A DNA stretch of 64,000 bases, taken from positions 434,001 to 498,000 of the forward strand of contig JAWMAR010000079.1 in assembly GCA_036785375.1 (NCBI GenBank). Reading direction: 5' to 3'. The notes under the pieces are model-generated. The model made no database searches, was not told the origin of the DNA, and worked only from the letters and a program-made list of their open reading frames with translations. Below, in pieces: positions 24,761-39,493 of this stretch (its first letter is position 1; every line of letters begins with the position of its first letter). The translations under genes were made by a program, and so were the position numbers. This stretch comes from Leucoraja ocellata. Taxonomy: Eukaryota.

Positions 24761-26805
24761 GGGAATCTGTGCCTCTGAGCATCTTCACTAGATACATCAT
24801 AAAGTTTACCCTCCTTTTTCCCGTGGGTCAACATGTTCCTGTTTCTATGTTTTCAAAGACTCCAAGCACAGGACCATCATTCCAGTGCTTGCACCACTAT
24901 GCACCTCAAGTAAGTGCTCAAGCTTTATATGTGAAAACAGACAGTGAAACTTAACCAGATGTTTACACTTCAGAGGCATTACTGCTGAAGCGGTGATTAC
25001 GTGGTGATTGCAAATACACCGCTAAGTGTAGTTGGAGTAGGATGGGAATGCAAATTATATCAGATGGTTATTCTTACCACAGCGTCGCACCGATACAGCA
25101 CAGAAACGGGCTTTTCAGCCCACAAAATCTGTGCTGACCATTACAAATGCCCGTTTATACAAATCCTATACTTTTTATTCTCTGCATCTTTGCATTCCTC
25201 TCAGTTAACCCCCTTCTGCCCCCATCTCAATTTTTTCCCCTGAAGTCTTCATCCCTATCTGTGCCCCAATAGTGCAACATTTCTGAAGCAGAGTTTGGTT
25301 CTTTAGCTGCTTTGCTGCTTGAGATCAGTTAAAAAACCACAGACCAGAAACGTGACCCTTTTTTTGAGTAGCTGTGGCTTAGCAAGACATCAAGATCTGC
25401 ATTGCGATTCTAGTAGATACATCGTTTGGGAAGGAATTTTCCTGATGAATAATTACCATCTCAGGAAGTAATTTAGTGCTGAGGTATTGTTATGTTCCTG
25501 AACTAATTAACTGGTTAAATTATTCTGAAATTACATGACCAACCTGATCTACCATTCTAGAATGGCATGATGTTTATGGGGAAAATATCAGCAATGACCC
25601 CCCCCCAGAATTTTGTCCCAATACAAGTATGTTTAATAGCACTCACTGTTACTTTTCAGGACAGTAGTCCAAGGTGTTGTGAAATATTTGAACATTCTAA
25701 GTAGCGATCCCAAATAATGATGACTAAAGATATTCAATTCAAAGATAGTGTATTGTTAACAATTATTGATTGAAGCAGAATTTCTTAGCATTTAAAGAAA
25801 AAGAGGAACATGGAGTGGAAATTCCAGGGTGCATGGATTGTGGAGTGTAAGTTAGAGGGGTGAAGTTGGGGCAACATGGTAATGAGAGAGAAATGAGTCG
25901 GGCATAATAAGATAAATCAGGAACAGGCAATGAAATATATTTTTAGAAATTGAAAATGTGGAACAACATTTGAGGTCCAAATCTCAGTGTACTTGTCCCA
26001 CGATGGACTTTGACAAGGTACCACATGGTGTTTGTAATTTATATTAATGATTTGAATGAGAATCTGGGTGGCATGGTTAATAAGTTCGCAAACGACACTG
26101 AAATTGGTGGTATAGGTGGTACATTTGTGACAAAATCCTGATCAGGTGAATGGTCTGAGGAACGAACGGCAGACGGTGTTTAATTCAGAAGTGTTGAATT
26201 TTGGTAAGAGGCTAAGTAGAGGCTTGGATTTTTTTCCTTGGTGTATATAGGAGGCTAAGAGGCTAAAAAATAATCATGAATTGCATAGATAAGATGAGTA
26301 GTCACAGTCTTTGCCCTGTAGTCGAACAAACTACCTGAGAAAGTGCTAGAGACCACTACAAATGTGAAATTTCAAAGACACTTGAATAGATATGTGAATA
26401 GGAAAGATTTGGAGGGATTTGAGCCAGACAAAGGTAAGCAACTTGGTCAGCATGGCCGTGTGGGGCAAGGATCTTGTTTCCATGCACCATATTGCACCAT
26501 TCATAATCAGTACTATGGGTTCTCTCAAATTCACTTTGGAGAACAATCTAACATCTTGGTTCTTTGCCACTGGTTGAATTGACATTAATAGGGGGACCAA
26601 CAATTGGTTAACATCTTGTGCAAAGTCTAAGGCTCTGGACTGTCATCACGAAAAATGAACTTGTTTCTCTGGAGTGGAACCCCCAACCCAGTGAGTTGGA
26701 GGTTAGAGTGCTAACTATGAACATGACAGACAGCTAAATACTTTTGTCAGGTCAGTATTTGGAGAAGAGTTTGAGTATCTTTAATAAGATGTTCTCCCTC
26801 CACAG

Positions 26806-26903
26806 TAATTCGGCAGGAACTAAGCGATTCGTCTCCTCACCAGATCCACAGCCACGCGATGAAGATGCAACCAAAAAACTATCAATGACTAGAGTAGATA
26901 ATG
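26806..26903 (+). CDS. BLM: BLM exon 5
   Basis: Phase 2 to phase 1 exon that bridges exons 4 and 6; NSAGTKRFVSSPDPQPRDEDATKKLSMTRVDN; cag| and |gtaaga; poorly conserved sequence. Confidence 0.75.
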
Positions 26904-27760
26904 GTAAGAGATTATCTTGTTGTAGTCCATTGGAACTCCTTCTGTAGGATGCAAAAAGGAGTAAATCATTTTAAATTGTTGTCATAATTTAAATTGAGAA
27001 TTTAAAAAATGTATCTGCTGCATGCTTTCCCCATTGTAAATTACCGTGAATATGTATAATATGAACCCTGTCACAGGAGGTATAACTGGTTTATTCAGAC
27101 TTGCCCGTTGTAAGTATGAACATGATGATTTGTAAAATAGGAATAAAAGACTAGATTCAATTTGCTCACTCTGCTTTCTTTGTTGCAGTGTGAGACTGCA
27201 CACGTTCTTCTATTTCAGGAACGTCATGAGAATACATAAAATATGAAACTGAGAAAATAAGATATTCATCAGAACCACTCTGTCTGAATGCAATGCTCCA
27301 TATGCATTTCCTTTCATTTTACCTCGCTTAACTTCATCATATTATTCTTCACATTTCTCCATAGAGTTTTTTCTGAACGCCTATGCTTTTATCATAATTT
27401 TTGTGGTTAGAGTGGCATAGAAAAAGGTGTGAATGAGATTTTGTGAATGAGGGTTGGAGAATATTTATGAAGAGCATTAACACTGAAGTAAATATTTTTG
27501 CTTGAATAGATGTTTCAGTTTTTATTCAATGTAGAGCAGCAAGAGGAATAAAACTGCACTGGGAACAGAGTTAACAACTAAAGAATGCAGCAACGGTGCA
27601 AGGTGACCTCTTGTGGGATCCTGGCATCATTACAATGCTGCCGGTGTTGATAAACTTTGCTTACAATGTTAGCGGTCTACTTTGTGTGCATTAGGTGCAA
27701 TCTAAACATGCAAACTGCAAAGTTGTGAATATTAAGATGCTGGTTTTGTCCTTTAAACAG

Positions 27761-27893
27761 ATAATTCAATGGGGTTTAGCAAGCAACTGATCCAAGTGAT
27801 GGAAGATATCTGTATCTTAGTCGACCAGATTCCTGTGAGTGAACTGCAGGCTTTGTCTTGTGCAAGCCAATTGCTTCGGCAGAGAGAGCTTCG
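27761..27893 (+). CDS. BLM: BLM exon 6 (BDHCT domain)
   Basis: KQLIQVMEDICILVDQIPVSELQALSCASQLLRQRELR. Confidence 0.94.
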
Positions 27894-28150
27894 GTAAGTA
27901 CTGGCTTCAAAGACTTGAGGTATTGGACCACCACAGTGAGGTGTATAGTTTGAGGTTATTTCACTGTGATTTTCACTATCAAACATCCAAAGCACTGCCA
28001 GCCCTCCTTCCATCTTCTTTCACAATTAAGGCCATCACAACCTTTGCTTGTCTGCTTCCAATTCGCATCTGCTTCCTATTCACTCGCCAGTGCTGTTCTT
28101 CAGATTATCATCCCCGAGTTCTGATCTCTCCCTGGCATTGTTACCACCCT

Positions 28151-28290
28151 NNNNNNNNNNNNNNNNNNNNNNNNNNNNNNNNNNNNNNNNNNNNNNNNNN
28201 NNNNNNNNNNNNNNNNNNNNNNNNNNNNNNNNNNNNNNNNNNNNNNNNNNNNNNNNNNNNNNNNNNNNNNNNNNNNNNNNNNNNNNNNNN
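28151..28290. other. Assembly gap (140 N) in BLM intron 6
   Basis: Run of N. Confidence 1.
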
Positions 28291-28880
28291 GTCGGGGGAA
28301 ACTTATTTACAATCCCCTACCTTGCCGGAGATGAGCTTGTTTTCCGGATCGTATCTCCGGCTGCTCTGCGGCCTAACATCATGGAGCTGGCGGCCTTGCT
28401 CGAGACTGACTTTGAACCCCACCGCAGGGGTGTGGACTTGCCATCGGAGCCTGCGATTCCTTGCCTGGGATCAACGCTCCAACTGCGGCCTGCAGATTTC
28501 AACATCGAGGAGCTCGCAGTCTCGGGAGGCTCCAAGTCGCAGAAGGTTCGACTAGCCCCGACCCAGGGTCTGGTCGCCCGGCGCGGGGAGCTGAAACCCC
28601 CCCCCCCCCGATGCGGAGGGCCAATCGCCATCTACAGTAGCCAAGATCGGCCCGTCAACAGAAGGCTCGAGGCCCCCCTCAGCTGGAGGACAAAGAAGGA
28701 AAGAGCCTGAACTTTTTTTTGCCTTCCATCACAGTGAGGAATGTGGAGGAGTCACTGTGGTGGATGCTTATGTTAAAATGTGTTTTGTGTGTCTTGTTGC
28801 TTTTTATTGGTGTGACTGTATGGCAAATCAAATTCCTCGTATGTTGCAAAACATACTTGGCTAATAAAGTATTATTATGA
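28291..28880 (+). mobile_element. Young CpG-rich retroelement 3' region of undetermined class
   Basis: CpG-rich block beside the gap, hairpin catcacagtga...tcactgtggtg, ending AATAAA plus (ATT)n-like tail. Confidence 0.5.
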
Positions 28881-29534
28881 TAATAGGAAAGGGATTTTCG
28901 TAATGGGCTGGAGGGAAATGTTCGGTGAAGTTCCGGGCGATCATTATGGATCGCTGGTTTTCTTAATATCCACTGGGTGTTCAGGGAACTTATTTCTAAA
29001 TTTCAGAATATACAAAACTCGGAGGACAATAATAGACTTCAAGAATATGTAAATTGGCTGGCAGAATGAGTGAGTAGGTGTCAGATGAAATATAATAAGG
29101 AGAAATGTAAATGATTACATTTTGGTAGAAAGAATGAGAAGAGGTAACATAAACCTGAGGGCTAAATGGGTAGAAGACAGAATAATTTTGGGAACGAACA
29201 AAAGCATAGGATCCTGGGCTTGGGAAATAGAAGCATTAAATCGCTGAGAATTAAGCAACTTCTGCAGAAACGTAGCTCTTTAGTGGGTACAGTAGCCAAA
29301 CGGTAGAGTCGCTGCCTTACAGCACTGGAGACCTGGGTTTGATTCTGACCATGGATTCTGTCTGTACGGAGTTTGTCTGACTAACTGATTTTCACACCCT
29401 TCAACCCCCTGTCTACTTTATCCCCAACCCCCCCCCCCACCCACCCACCCAACTGAGGGCATAATTTCTGTATCGTTTGTAGGAAATTTCTATTTTCTAT
29501 TAGTGCTAACAAGGAATTGTTCTTTTCCTTCTAG

Positions 29535-30295
29535 AAAGAAGCTTTTGGCTGATAAGAATGAAACGCAGAAAATACTAAATGAAGATACGGCAAAAGCTGC
29601 CTTCAGACCAGGGCAGACTTTAACGAATAATTATTCTACCAATACTGTTGGCTCCCCTGTTAGTGTAAATCCTGACCGGTGGCAAAGAACATCGAAAACC
29701 TTTATGTTTAGGAAATCTTGCCAGAATACACCAACTTTGCCTGATGATAATTTTCTTTACGAGGCAGATTTCAATGCAATTGATGAAACTTCTACACCCA
29801 CTGGCAGGACAAGTGTCCTTTCTGCGCCTGCCACTAGCTGCACGCAGAACAAGCCCTATCTACAAAGAAGCAAGCTTGTTCCTTCAGTATCGAGTTCCAA
29901 TCAGGACGCTTATTCTCCATGTGGTCAAATCGCAAACGGATCACAAAATGAAGGTGGGGCAAGCAAGGCAGACAGACAGCCAGCAGTGTCTGCTGAAAGA
30001 ACGTGTTCTACTCGTAATCAGAGGCTACAGGGCAAGGACGCGTCGGCAATGGAGGATGATTTTGATATTGATAACTTTGAATTATACGATTTAGATGAAG
30101 AGATGGAGTGTTTTTCATATTCGACAAGTGTTCCTGCGTCCAATGATTCATTGTGTGCAAGTACTCTCCCCATCAGGGAGGGAGGGTCCAAGAAGTCCTG
30201 GGAGACAAGAACTTTAGTACAAGATGGCAGCACATACTTGGCTAATCCCTCTGCAACTACCAGTGTCAAACCTCAAACCAGGCTCAGTTCCACAG
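29535..30295 (+). CDS. BLM: BLM exon 7
   Basis: Inside ORF 29503..30306; RKKLLA...acidic EDDFDIDNFELYDLDEE...LPIREG; tag| and |gtaat. Confidence 0.92.
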
Positions 30296-30887
30296 GTAAT
30301 CAGTGAGCTTTACAATAATGTGGATAAAATAATCCGTACCATAACCAGCTAAATGTTTCGTAGATAAGTGTGGGGCCTGTATATTCCCAATGGTCTTATA
30401 TTTTCTTCTGTCTGGGTTTATTCATGCTGAGCTGAGACCTGTTGGTGCCAGCAGATGTCTATTATCTTGTCCAGATCCAGAGGTTTGCGACATGCCCATG
30501 TTTTAACTCTCCCTTAGAGTGATGGTGTTGGTGGCAGTCTGTTTCCTGTCATTGGTCAGCCTGCATAAAAATTACATCAACAATGTGTAACAGTGTTTGA
30601 TTGGGGCTTTCATTCACACTGTAGTGCACCATTAAGCCAACCAGATGCTAGTATGATTTATAACTGGGATACTTCCTGAGTTCTCGTGTTTCGTGTTTTG
30701 GTGTTTGCAGAACTTATTTGCTCAACTGTGGCTGCTGAAGTTTGCCTCGGAGCTGTGAACGAGAGGCAAGAAGAAAGTGCTGGCAGTTACAGTGATGTCC
30801 AGTGACTCATGTTCGTCCTGTAGGCAGGACTGGGGCATGAATGTGCAGTAACGTAGGTTCAATTTTCAACTGAAGTTTGCAGACTTA

Positions 30888-31201
30888 TGACCCTGTCCCA
30901 CTGTACAAGTTCATTCAAGAGCTCTCAATAGTTAAAAAAAAATTCAAACTCGTAAGCACGTAGAATAAACGTAGCGGGTACGTTGGAGCTCGGGGACATC
31001 TCTTAGCCGCTCGTTACGTTAATGGCAGGTGCTCGGGAAACGCGGTAAGCTCGGGAAGACTCGTGAAGATTTTTCAACATGTTGAAAAATGTCCACGAGA
31101 GCCCCGAGTACCGATGAGCGGCCATTACCATAATTCTCCGAGTTCGAATCAGGGCAAACTCGGGAGAACTCTGAATGAACTCGTACAGTGGGACAGGGCT
31201 T
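30888..31201. mobile_element. Harbinger-like MITE, second family member
   Basis: TIR core CCCTGTCCCACTGTAC at both ends; TTA flanks (30885-30887, 31202-31204); internal palindrome TTTTTCAACATGTTGAAAAA. Confidence 0.82.
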
Positions 31202-32232
31202 TTAAGCTTCATGTTATTTTGTCCGGTATTGTATAAGCTTCTAATAATTCATAATTAAAAAAGTGTATTTTCTCCATGCAGAGTGTGGTATTGTGAGAGA
31301 AGGTACCAAAGATTTTGCCGTGTTTGCCTAATGCCATATACCTCGTGTATGAAACCGCTCGTTCAGTATCTGACATTCGTGCACTACAGTTCGAATAGAT
31401 CTCTGTGCCCATCCTGTCAAATCATTGTACCTCTACACAGGAAGAGACCATTTAGCCGGTTGTGCCTGGCCTCTTTCAAAGAGCTCTCTAATTTCATGTC
31501 AAACTCCAGCTTTTTATCTCTATAGCCCTGCCTATGAATCAATTTCTAATATGTTTCAAATTACCTTTTGAATGTTTCGCGGAATCAGATTTTTCCATCT
31601 TTGCAGATAGTGAGTTCTCGATCTTTGCAGCAGCTTGTTGAAGACATTTTTATTCATTTATTTGTTTATTGGACCTTTATGAACAATTTCTTATTTGTTT
31701 CTTTAGAATTTTGAACATTGCTGTTGTGTCTCCATCTTAGAGTGATCCACACAGCATGGAAACAGGCCCTTCGGCCCAACTTGATTTTCTTTGCTGCTTT
31801 CTTCAAATATGTCTGTAGTAAGTAACCACTGCATATGTCCCAGGGCTTTGACATCCTTTCCAAAGCAAGGTGCACCAAACGGTACCTCTTTGTGTTTTAA
31901 AATGTGACGACATGGTACCTTAATTGTTTCAACCTGTTGTTCTCCAACCTTTAATGATTTATATTCAATGTCTCTTTATTCATTCATTCCATTTAAAATG
32001 GTCCAAATTAGATTAATCTATCTCTGTAGATTCCATGTCCTAATATGCAGTTTTACATTCACCTTTGTTAAATTGCATTTGCTGATGTATCTGCTGATTT
32101 TGGCAATCTGTTGGCCTCCTGCAGTCTGTTACTACCCTGCTCATTATTACTATGTTGGTTGCTCCACAGATTCAAGTTCAGGAACACAGGCGGCATGATT
32201 ATAACGTTTCTTTTTTGAAATGAATAGCATGA

Positions 32233-32463
<231 letters not shown>

Positions 32464-32595
32464 TAGCTTGAGCAAGTGCCTCCAGTCACTCTCTTCATGG
32501 AAGTTTGAGTACCTTATCTTTGTAACCTATATAAATATATGATTATTCCATTTTGTTTATAATTACAGATTTCAAAAGTCACGTTAGCTGTGAAA

Positions 32596-32810
32596 AGACA
32601 CAAAATGCTGGAGCAATTCAGTGGGTCTCAAGCAGGTTCCTTGGAGAATATGGATGGGTAAGGTTTTGGGTTGGGACCTTCAGATGAAGAAGGGTCCCAA
32701 CCCAAAATGTTACCTATCCATGTTCTCCAGGGATGCTGCCTGACCCTCTTGAGTTACTCCAGCATTTTGTCTTTTTGTAAATCAGTATCTGCTGTTCATT
32801 ATTTCTAAAT
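32596..32810. mobile_element. Penelope-derived palindromic short element
   Basis: Inverted arms around gggacctt/gaagaagggtccc. Confidence 0.7.
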
Positions 32811-33249
32811 GCTAGCTATTTTTACTTTTGAGCCTCTCTTCTTCAAAGCACTTGGGCTTCACAAGCTGAGCCAGCATTTAATTACCCATCCCAATTGCCC
32901 TTGAGAAGGTAATGATGAGCTACTTTCTTGAACCCTTGCAGCAAATGGTGTGTGGAGAGGGGGTTTGTATCATGGTGAAGCAAGAAATAAACACTGCTTT
33001 GGGTATGAACTCTCACCTGCTCTCTTGAAGTTCAGTTGCTTTTATGTAGCCAAGTTTTATGTAGTCCAATTGTACTCTGCAACAACCCATGACCAACAAA
33101 TGAGGACATTAGACAAGTAAGATCTATTCTTAGTGGTAACTGCTGAGGAATAAAAACTACCAATGTCACTGAGAGCAGTTCCTCAACTTTAATTGGTTTC
33201 ATGATGGAAATGGTGGACAGAAGCTTTTCTGCAGAAGAAATTCTAATGA

Positions 33250-33468
<219 letters not shown>

Positions 33469-34210
33469 TAATGCAGTGATGACAGAATGACTGAGAATTT
33501 TTCAAAGCTAATCTTTTATTGGGGTGGTTCTTGGATAGAGCAGAGCATATGCTAGATAAATTATGGCATGTTTTGATAAAGAGTAACCATTTTCATTGGC
33601 AGATGGATCACTGAATGGTGAGTGATAAAATAATGAGAGGAGTCATGAGTATTTTTCACGTCATTGCCTGGTGGCAGTGGAAGCAGATTCACCAGGAATT
33701 TTCAAATGGGAATTGTATAAATACCTGCAGGAAAAACATATTGCAGGTGAATTGGGGAAAAGGAAGGAGATTAGGAGTTAAGGGGGAGTTTTTAAAGGTC
33801 ATTATTTACTCGACAGGCCAATTGACAGCGTCCTGTGTCATAAGAGTAGATTATTTATAATGCAGGGAGCAGGTAGTGAATTAGTTAGATTAAGGCACTT
33901 TTGAGGCATGTTGCAAGAATTCAGTGACATCAGCCGATGTAGAGAGACCAGGGATTACATTATTCAAAGTGTTTTGCATGGATGAACGAGAAAGGGCCCC
34001 TTGCCTTTAACATGTGGGCACAGTTGACAATGGGTTGTCAGGCACTGGTTTGAATCATGTGCTCCCCAGATTCCTGGTCAAAACATGTTGAACCATTCAA
34101 GGGGCAGATGTATGTCACTAACCATTCTTGAAATGAGCTTACCAGCTGGAACTCTTAAGGGCAGGAATAGATGAAGTGAAATAAGGGCATGCTATTGTGA
34201 AACATGTTGA

Positions 34211-34384
<174 letters not shown>

Positions 34385-35220
34385 TAGGGCAAAAGTCAGA
34401 AAATTAAATCCGTATGTAACATGGATAATACAGTATTCTTGGGGTAGTTTACCAAGTTAGCAGTAACAGTGTAGTGGATTAAGTCATTGAGTATATGCTT
34501 TTCTAGATCCGTATTTTGCGGACCTAGAGAGAGAACTAACTGATTGTTTTAAGCTTCTTATTGTGCAAAAGGAGTCATTGATGATCTGGTAGCTGAGGGT
34601 TTTTCGGGGGCAGAATGAATATGATATAATGTAACTCGTATAAAGAGTGAAAGAGAATTGGTTCTGACACCAGAATTTAAATCAAGGAAACTACAAAGTG
34701 TTTGTTAGCTGTGCTATGTTGAGAAACTGCATTTAAAAGATGAACGATCAAGCAATGGCCAACATTTTAAGAATTTATACATAGTTTACAACAAATGTAT
34801 ATCCCCTTGAGACACAAAAACTCGTCACTGATTTTCCTAAGCTATTTATTTTAATTTATTCTTGTACTGGTGTTCCACGAGTCAACCCTCTACCTTGCTG
34901 TGTTTGAACTGTAGATACTTAAAAATCTGAGTATTCATTTACACAATATTCCCAAAGAGTTTGCAGAGTCTGAGTACAATGCCCTTGTACTTTTGCACAT
35001 GCTTTTTCTGTGGTCTCATCCACAAGGAATAAAGATGTGAGGGGTCTTTGGGTGACCTAATTGCGTGGGGGGTGTGGAGTAGAGGAGAGTAGTTAGCAGT
35101 CATTTGACTGGATCGCTGCTTGGTAATATCAAAGTGCCACAGCAATGGTTGTAGAAGGCATCACATGACCACGATCATGCAGCTACTATGTCCCAAAAAC
35201 AATATTTTATACAAGCTTCC

Positions 35221-35648
35221 GGAGCCTGCAACATTTTGGCTTGTATTCACTGGAATTTGGAAGGATGAGAGCAGATCTCATAGAAACATATAAAATTCTT
35301 AAAGGATTGGACAGGCTAGATGTTGGAATATGTTCCCAATGTTCGGGGAGTCCAGAACCAGGGGTCACAGTTTAAGAATAAGGGGTAGGCCATTTAGGAC
35401 TGAGATGGGAAAAAAAAAACTTTTTCACCCAGAAAGTTGTGAATCTGTGGAATTCTCTGCCACAGAAGGCAGTGGAGGCTAATTCACTGGATGTTTTCAA
35501 GAGGTAGTTAGATTTAGCTCTTGGGGCTAAATGAATCTAGGGATATGGGGGAAAAGCAGGAACGGGGTACTGATTTTAGATGATTAGCCATGATCATATT
35601 GAATGGCGGTGTTGGCTCGAAGGGTTACTTCTGCACCTATTTTTCTAT
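35221..35648 (+). mobile_element. CR1-type LINE 3' fragment
   Basis: Homologous to about 1955-2380; tail ctattttctat. Confidence 0.88.
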
Positions 35649-35651
35649 TAA

Positions 35652-35804
<153 letters not shown>

Positions 35805-36959
35805 TAGATTTGGCTCGGTAGATCAGACTACAGACTATCCACGATACTTGTGCACAGAGATGAATACTCCTGGATATAATTTTTTATTAAGTATCCTAAT
35901 GTCAGATGCAACTAGCAGGTACCAAACCAAGATTGTGTAGCCTTCCTCATCGTGTAGATGGATAGAATCTCTTGGAGAAAGAGTACTGGGAGACACCCAA
36001 AGATAACTGGGGAAATCCAGATTGGTTTTCTGAGCATTGTGGTTACTTTATCATCATTTGTTGGATCTTATTTGATCACACTTTGTTGGCTGTGAAGCGC
36101 TTTGGAACGACACAAGGCCTTAAAAGGAACTGCATGTGAGGATTGGACATGGACTTGACCTGGAGGGTGGGATGAGGAGTGGAGGATTCTGTCCGACTTA
36201 GCCTGAAGCAAGTGCTTTGCCCTTCTTACGGAACATGCTCATTGATCTGATGTGTGATAGTCCTCAGCTAATAGCACTCTCTTGGTTTCAGGGAGCTGAC
36301 TGGTACAGTGATGAGAGGGGCATTGGTGGTGGTGGTGTGCTGCCTTACTCGGAGCAAGGAGATGATTGCTCTTTTCCAGCTGGTGTAAGGGTGGCTGTCA
36401 CTAAGCGAAGAGGAGCGGGCACTCAAACATTTTGCTGTTTTCCAAGCTCCCCATTCAAGGGGTGATGGAAGTGATTGTTATACCCCAGCTGTGAGCTGCT
36501 AGCAGGGGATGAAGCAGGCAGTGTGCTGCCTCACCCCTAGTGGAAAGCTGCTTGTTGTTTCTGAAAAACCCGCTCCAATTCTGCAGTTAGCAGATGAATT
36601 TATTTTGAGTGGGAGGATGCACTCAGCTGACAAACACCTTAGGGAATAGCAGAGAGCAATATATTTTTCAATATTATACCTGCTGCTCAAAGCCATGATT
36701 CATCTTGTAAATTAGCACCAAATGAGTGTAGGCTGCAGTTTACGATGCAAATCACAGCTCCCAGTGGCTTGTACAAACAAAAGATCCTCTCCACTGTGAT
36801 GTTTTTATTGAGATCTCAGTAGTGGCAGCAATTTGAAGAGGATCCTGTCTTGCAAGATGTCAGTCTCAGCTGACTGTTCATATGGTAAAATTTGATGGAG
36901 AGTGAGCAGAAATATGAAATTTGTTGTAGATACCCTGATGCCTGGAGAAAAGATGAGCG

Positions 36960-37175
36960 TTGTAGGAAAGAACTGCAGATGTTGGTTTAAATCGAAGATA
37001 GTCAAAATGCTGGAGTCACAGTGGGACAGGCAGCATCTCTGGAGAGAAGGAATGGGTGACTTTTAAGATCGTGACCTTTCTTCAGTCTGAAGACAGTCTC
37101 GACACGAAACGTCACCCATCTTTCTAGAGATGCTGCCTGTCCTGTTGTGTTACTCCAGCATTTTGTGTCTATCTT
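36960..37175. mobile_element. Penelope-derived palindromic short element
   Basis: Inverted arms around cttcagtctgaag; flanked by gagaa(a)agatgag repeats. Confidence 0.72.
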
Positions 37176-37558
37176 CTAGAGAAGATGAGTGATTGTCTTC
37201 CTGGAAAGATCAGTTCGGCATCACATCAGTTGAATGCACAGAATTGCGGGGCTTTTCCTGCAAGTTAACAACAGGACCTTCCCCGCCCATGCACACCTCC
37301 TTCTTTTGCATTTCTCAAGATCCTGTTTTCAATATTTTTTATTTCTTCATCTTATTGTAGTAGAATCTTATTTTGTCAATTTTCTCTCTTTGCCTGTTGC
37401 TCATGAAAGGTTTTATTCGGGGAGCGGGTTTATTATGCCTGAAATACCACTGTTGTTCGCCAATAGTGCCCTTATTTATCATGGCTCGGGGACAATAATT
37501 GTTCAATGGGCAAATTGTTTTTCTCCCAGCTTCTTGCATCCATTCCCCAATTTTTTGA

Positions 37559-37801
<243 letters not shown>

Positions 37802-38594
37802 TAATATTTATTACACACTATTACCTATTCAATTGAAAACATATCTTCTGCTTTTTTTTGGTGTCAAATTATTTCCTTGCATTTCTTCAGAATTGAGTAA
37901 GGGTTTCTTTATCTAAAAGCAAGTGTCAATCCAGTGGCAAACCCCATGCCCATTAGATCTGTGACTCGAGATGCACAAGTTTCACCTGATTGCAGAATAA
38001 TGCTCCAATCCTTCATAATCCCCTGTCCTCCAACTCCCCATCAGAATTGTCACAGAAGTAATATAATGTAGTGCGTGTGTGCCGAGGGGTTCGGCAGTAT
38101 AATGGGACGACCCTTAGGAGCCGCCACAATAACCTGTATACATTCCAAAAATTACAGATGGTTTATAGTCTTTCAGTTGGACACAATAGAAAGCGCTCTT
38201 CAAAAGCACCAGACTTAGACTCCACTGTCTGGGGTTTGGAGTCTGGAATTTAAAATATTTTCCTACTAATTTAGCTTTTTCTGTGCGAAGGACCATTCTT
38301 TCCTTTAAATACATCCAAATTGTTCTTTTTTTTAAAAGAAAAATGTAAAGTGAACGTGTGAGATGGATGTAATCGTTAAAATCGAGGGGTTTGGATAAGA
38401 CAGATAGGGGGGTATTAAAATAAGAGGGCACAGGTTTAAATTGAGAGATAGAATGTTTCTTGTAGTTTTGGGGCCAAATACTCTTTGTGAAGAGTGGTTA
38501 GATTCTGGAATGAACTGGAAATGGTTGAGATCTTCACGTTCCTTGGCAATAATATTTTCAACGATCTGTCATGGATCAACCTTATTGATATGGC

Positions 38595-39215
38595 AGCCTA
38601 GAAGGAACACCAACACCTTTATTTCATGAAGAGATTGAGGAAATTTGGATATGTCTTCATTGATTCTCACAACTTTCAACAAATGCACCATAGAAGGCAT
38701 ACTGTTGGATTGCATCACAGCTTGGTTTGGGAACAGCTCTGTCTAAGACCACAATAAATTGTAGAGTTGTAGACGTAGCCTAGTCCTTCACACAGACCAG
38801 ACTTCCCACCTTTGACTTCATCCACACTTTCCACTGCCCTGGAAAAGCAGCCAACATAATCAAAGACTTGTTCCACCCCAGTCATTCCTCCTAACCCCTG
38901 CTCCAGTCCGGCAGAAAATACAGAAGCTTGAAAGAGCGCTCCACAAGGCTCAGGAACAGCGTCTTCCCCTGTGTTATGCTTCTGAACAGTCCTTCCGTTT
39001 GCTAGGGTACTGTCTAATTTATCTCTCCCCTTTGTGGACATTAAACTTTGTCTATGGAAGTGAAGTGCTACAATGCTGTAAACTATATTCTGCACAATGT
39101 ATCTTCCCCTTTGCTCTATTGTACATGTGTTTGACGTGATTGTATTTATTTATGGTATATTTGTTTGGATAGCATGCAAAACAAAGCTGTATATCGGTAC
39201 ACATGACAATAACAA
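38595..39215 (+). mobile_element. Rex1/Babar-like LINE 3' fragment
   Basis: ggattgcatcacagcttggtttgggaacagctct (GCITAWFGNSS) and tail ggtacacatgacaataa; homologous to 58330-58790 and 61200-62000. Confidence 0.75.
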
Positions 39216-39493
39216 ATCGGAATCTAGACCTGACGAGGTTTTGGAGACAGATAATCTAATGACATTTAAGAAGCGTCTAGTCAAGTACTTAAATTGTCAA
39301 TTTGTGTAGTGCCACGGATCTATTTGTAAATAGGTTCAGTGTAGATGAGTACAATGGACAGCATGGATATGGGGAGAAATTGAGCTGTTTCTGTGTGTAC
39401 GAGTTGACTGTATGCCTTTATTCAGAAAGTAAGAATTTGTATTTCTATTTCTCGTCATCTCAAAACACCTTGCAACCAATATTGTGCATGTAA

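Noticed and set aside
27839-28710. Long ORFs of 238 aa and 220 aa
   Set aside because: Artefacts of translating through the N gap and GC-rich repeat sequence; no recognisable domain.
31070-31090. CAACATGTTG as a p53 response element
   Set aside because: A single imperfect half-site (mismatches to RRRCWWGYYY at both ends) within a MITE palindrome.
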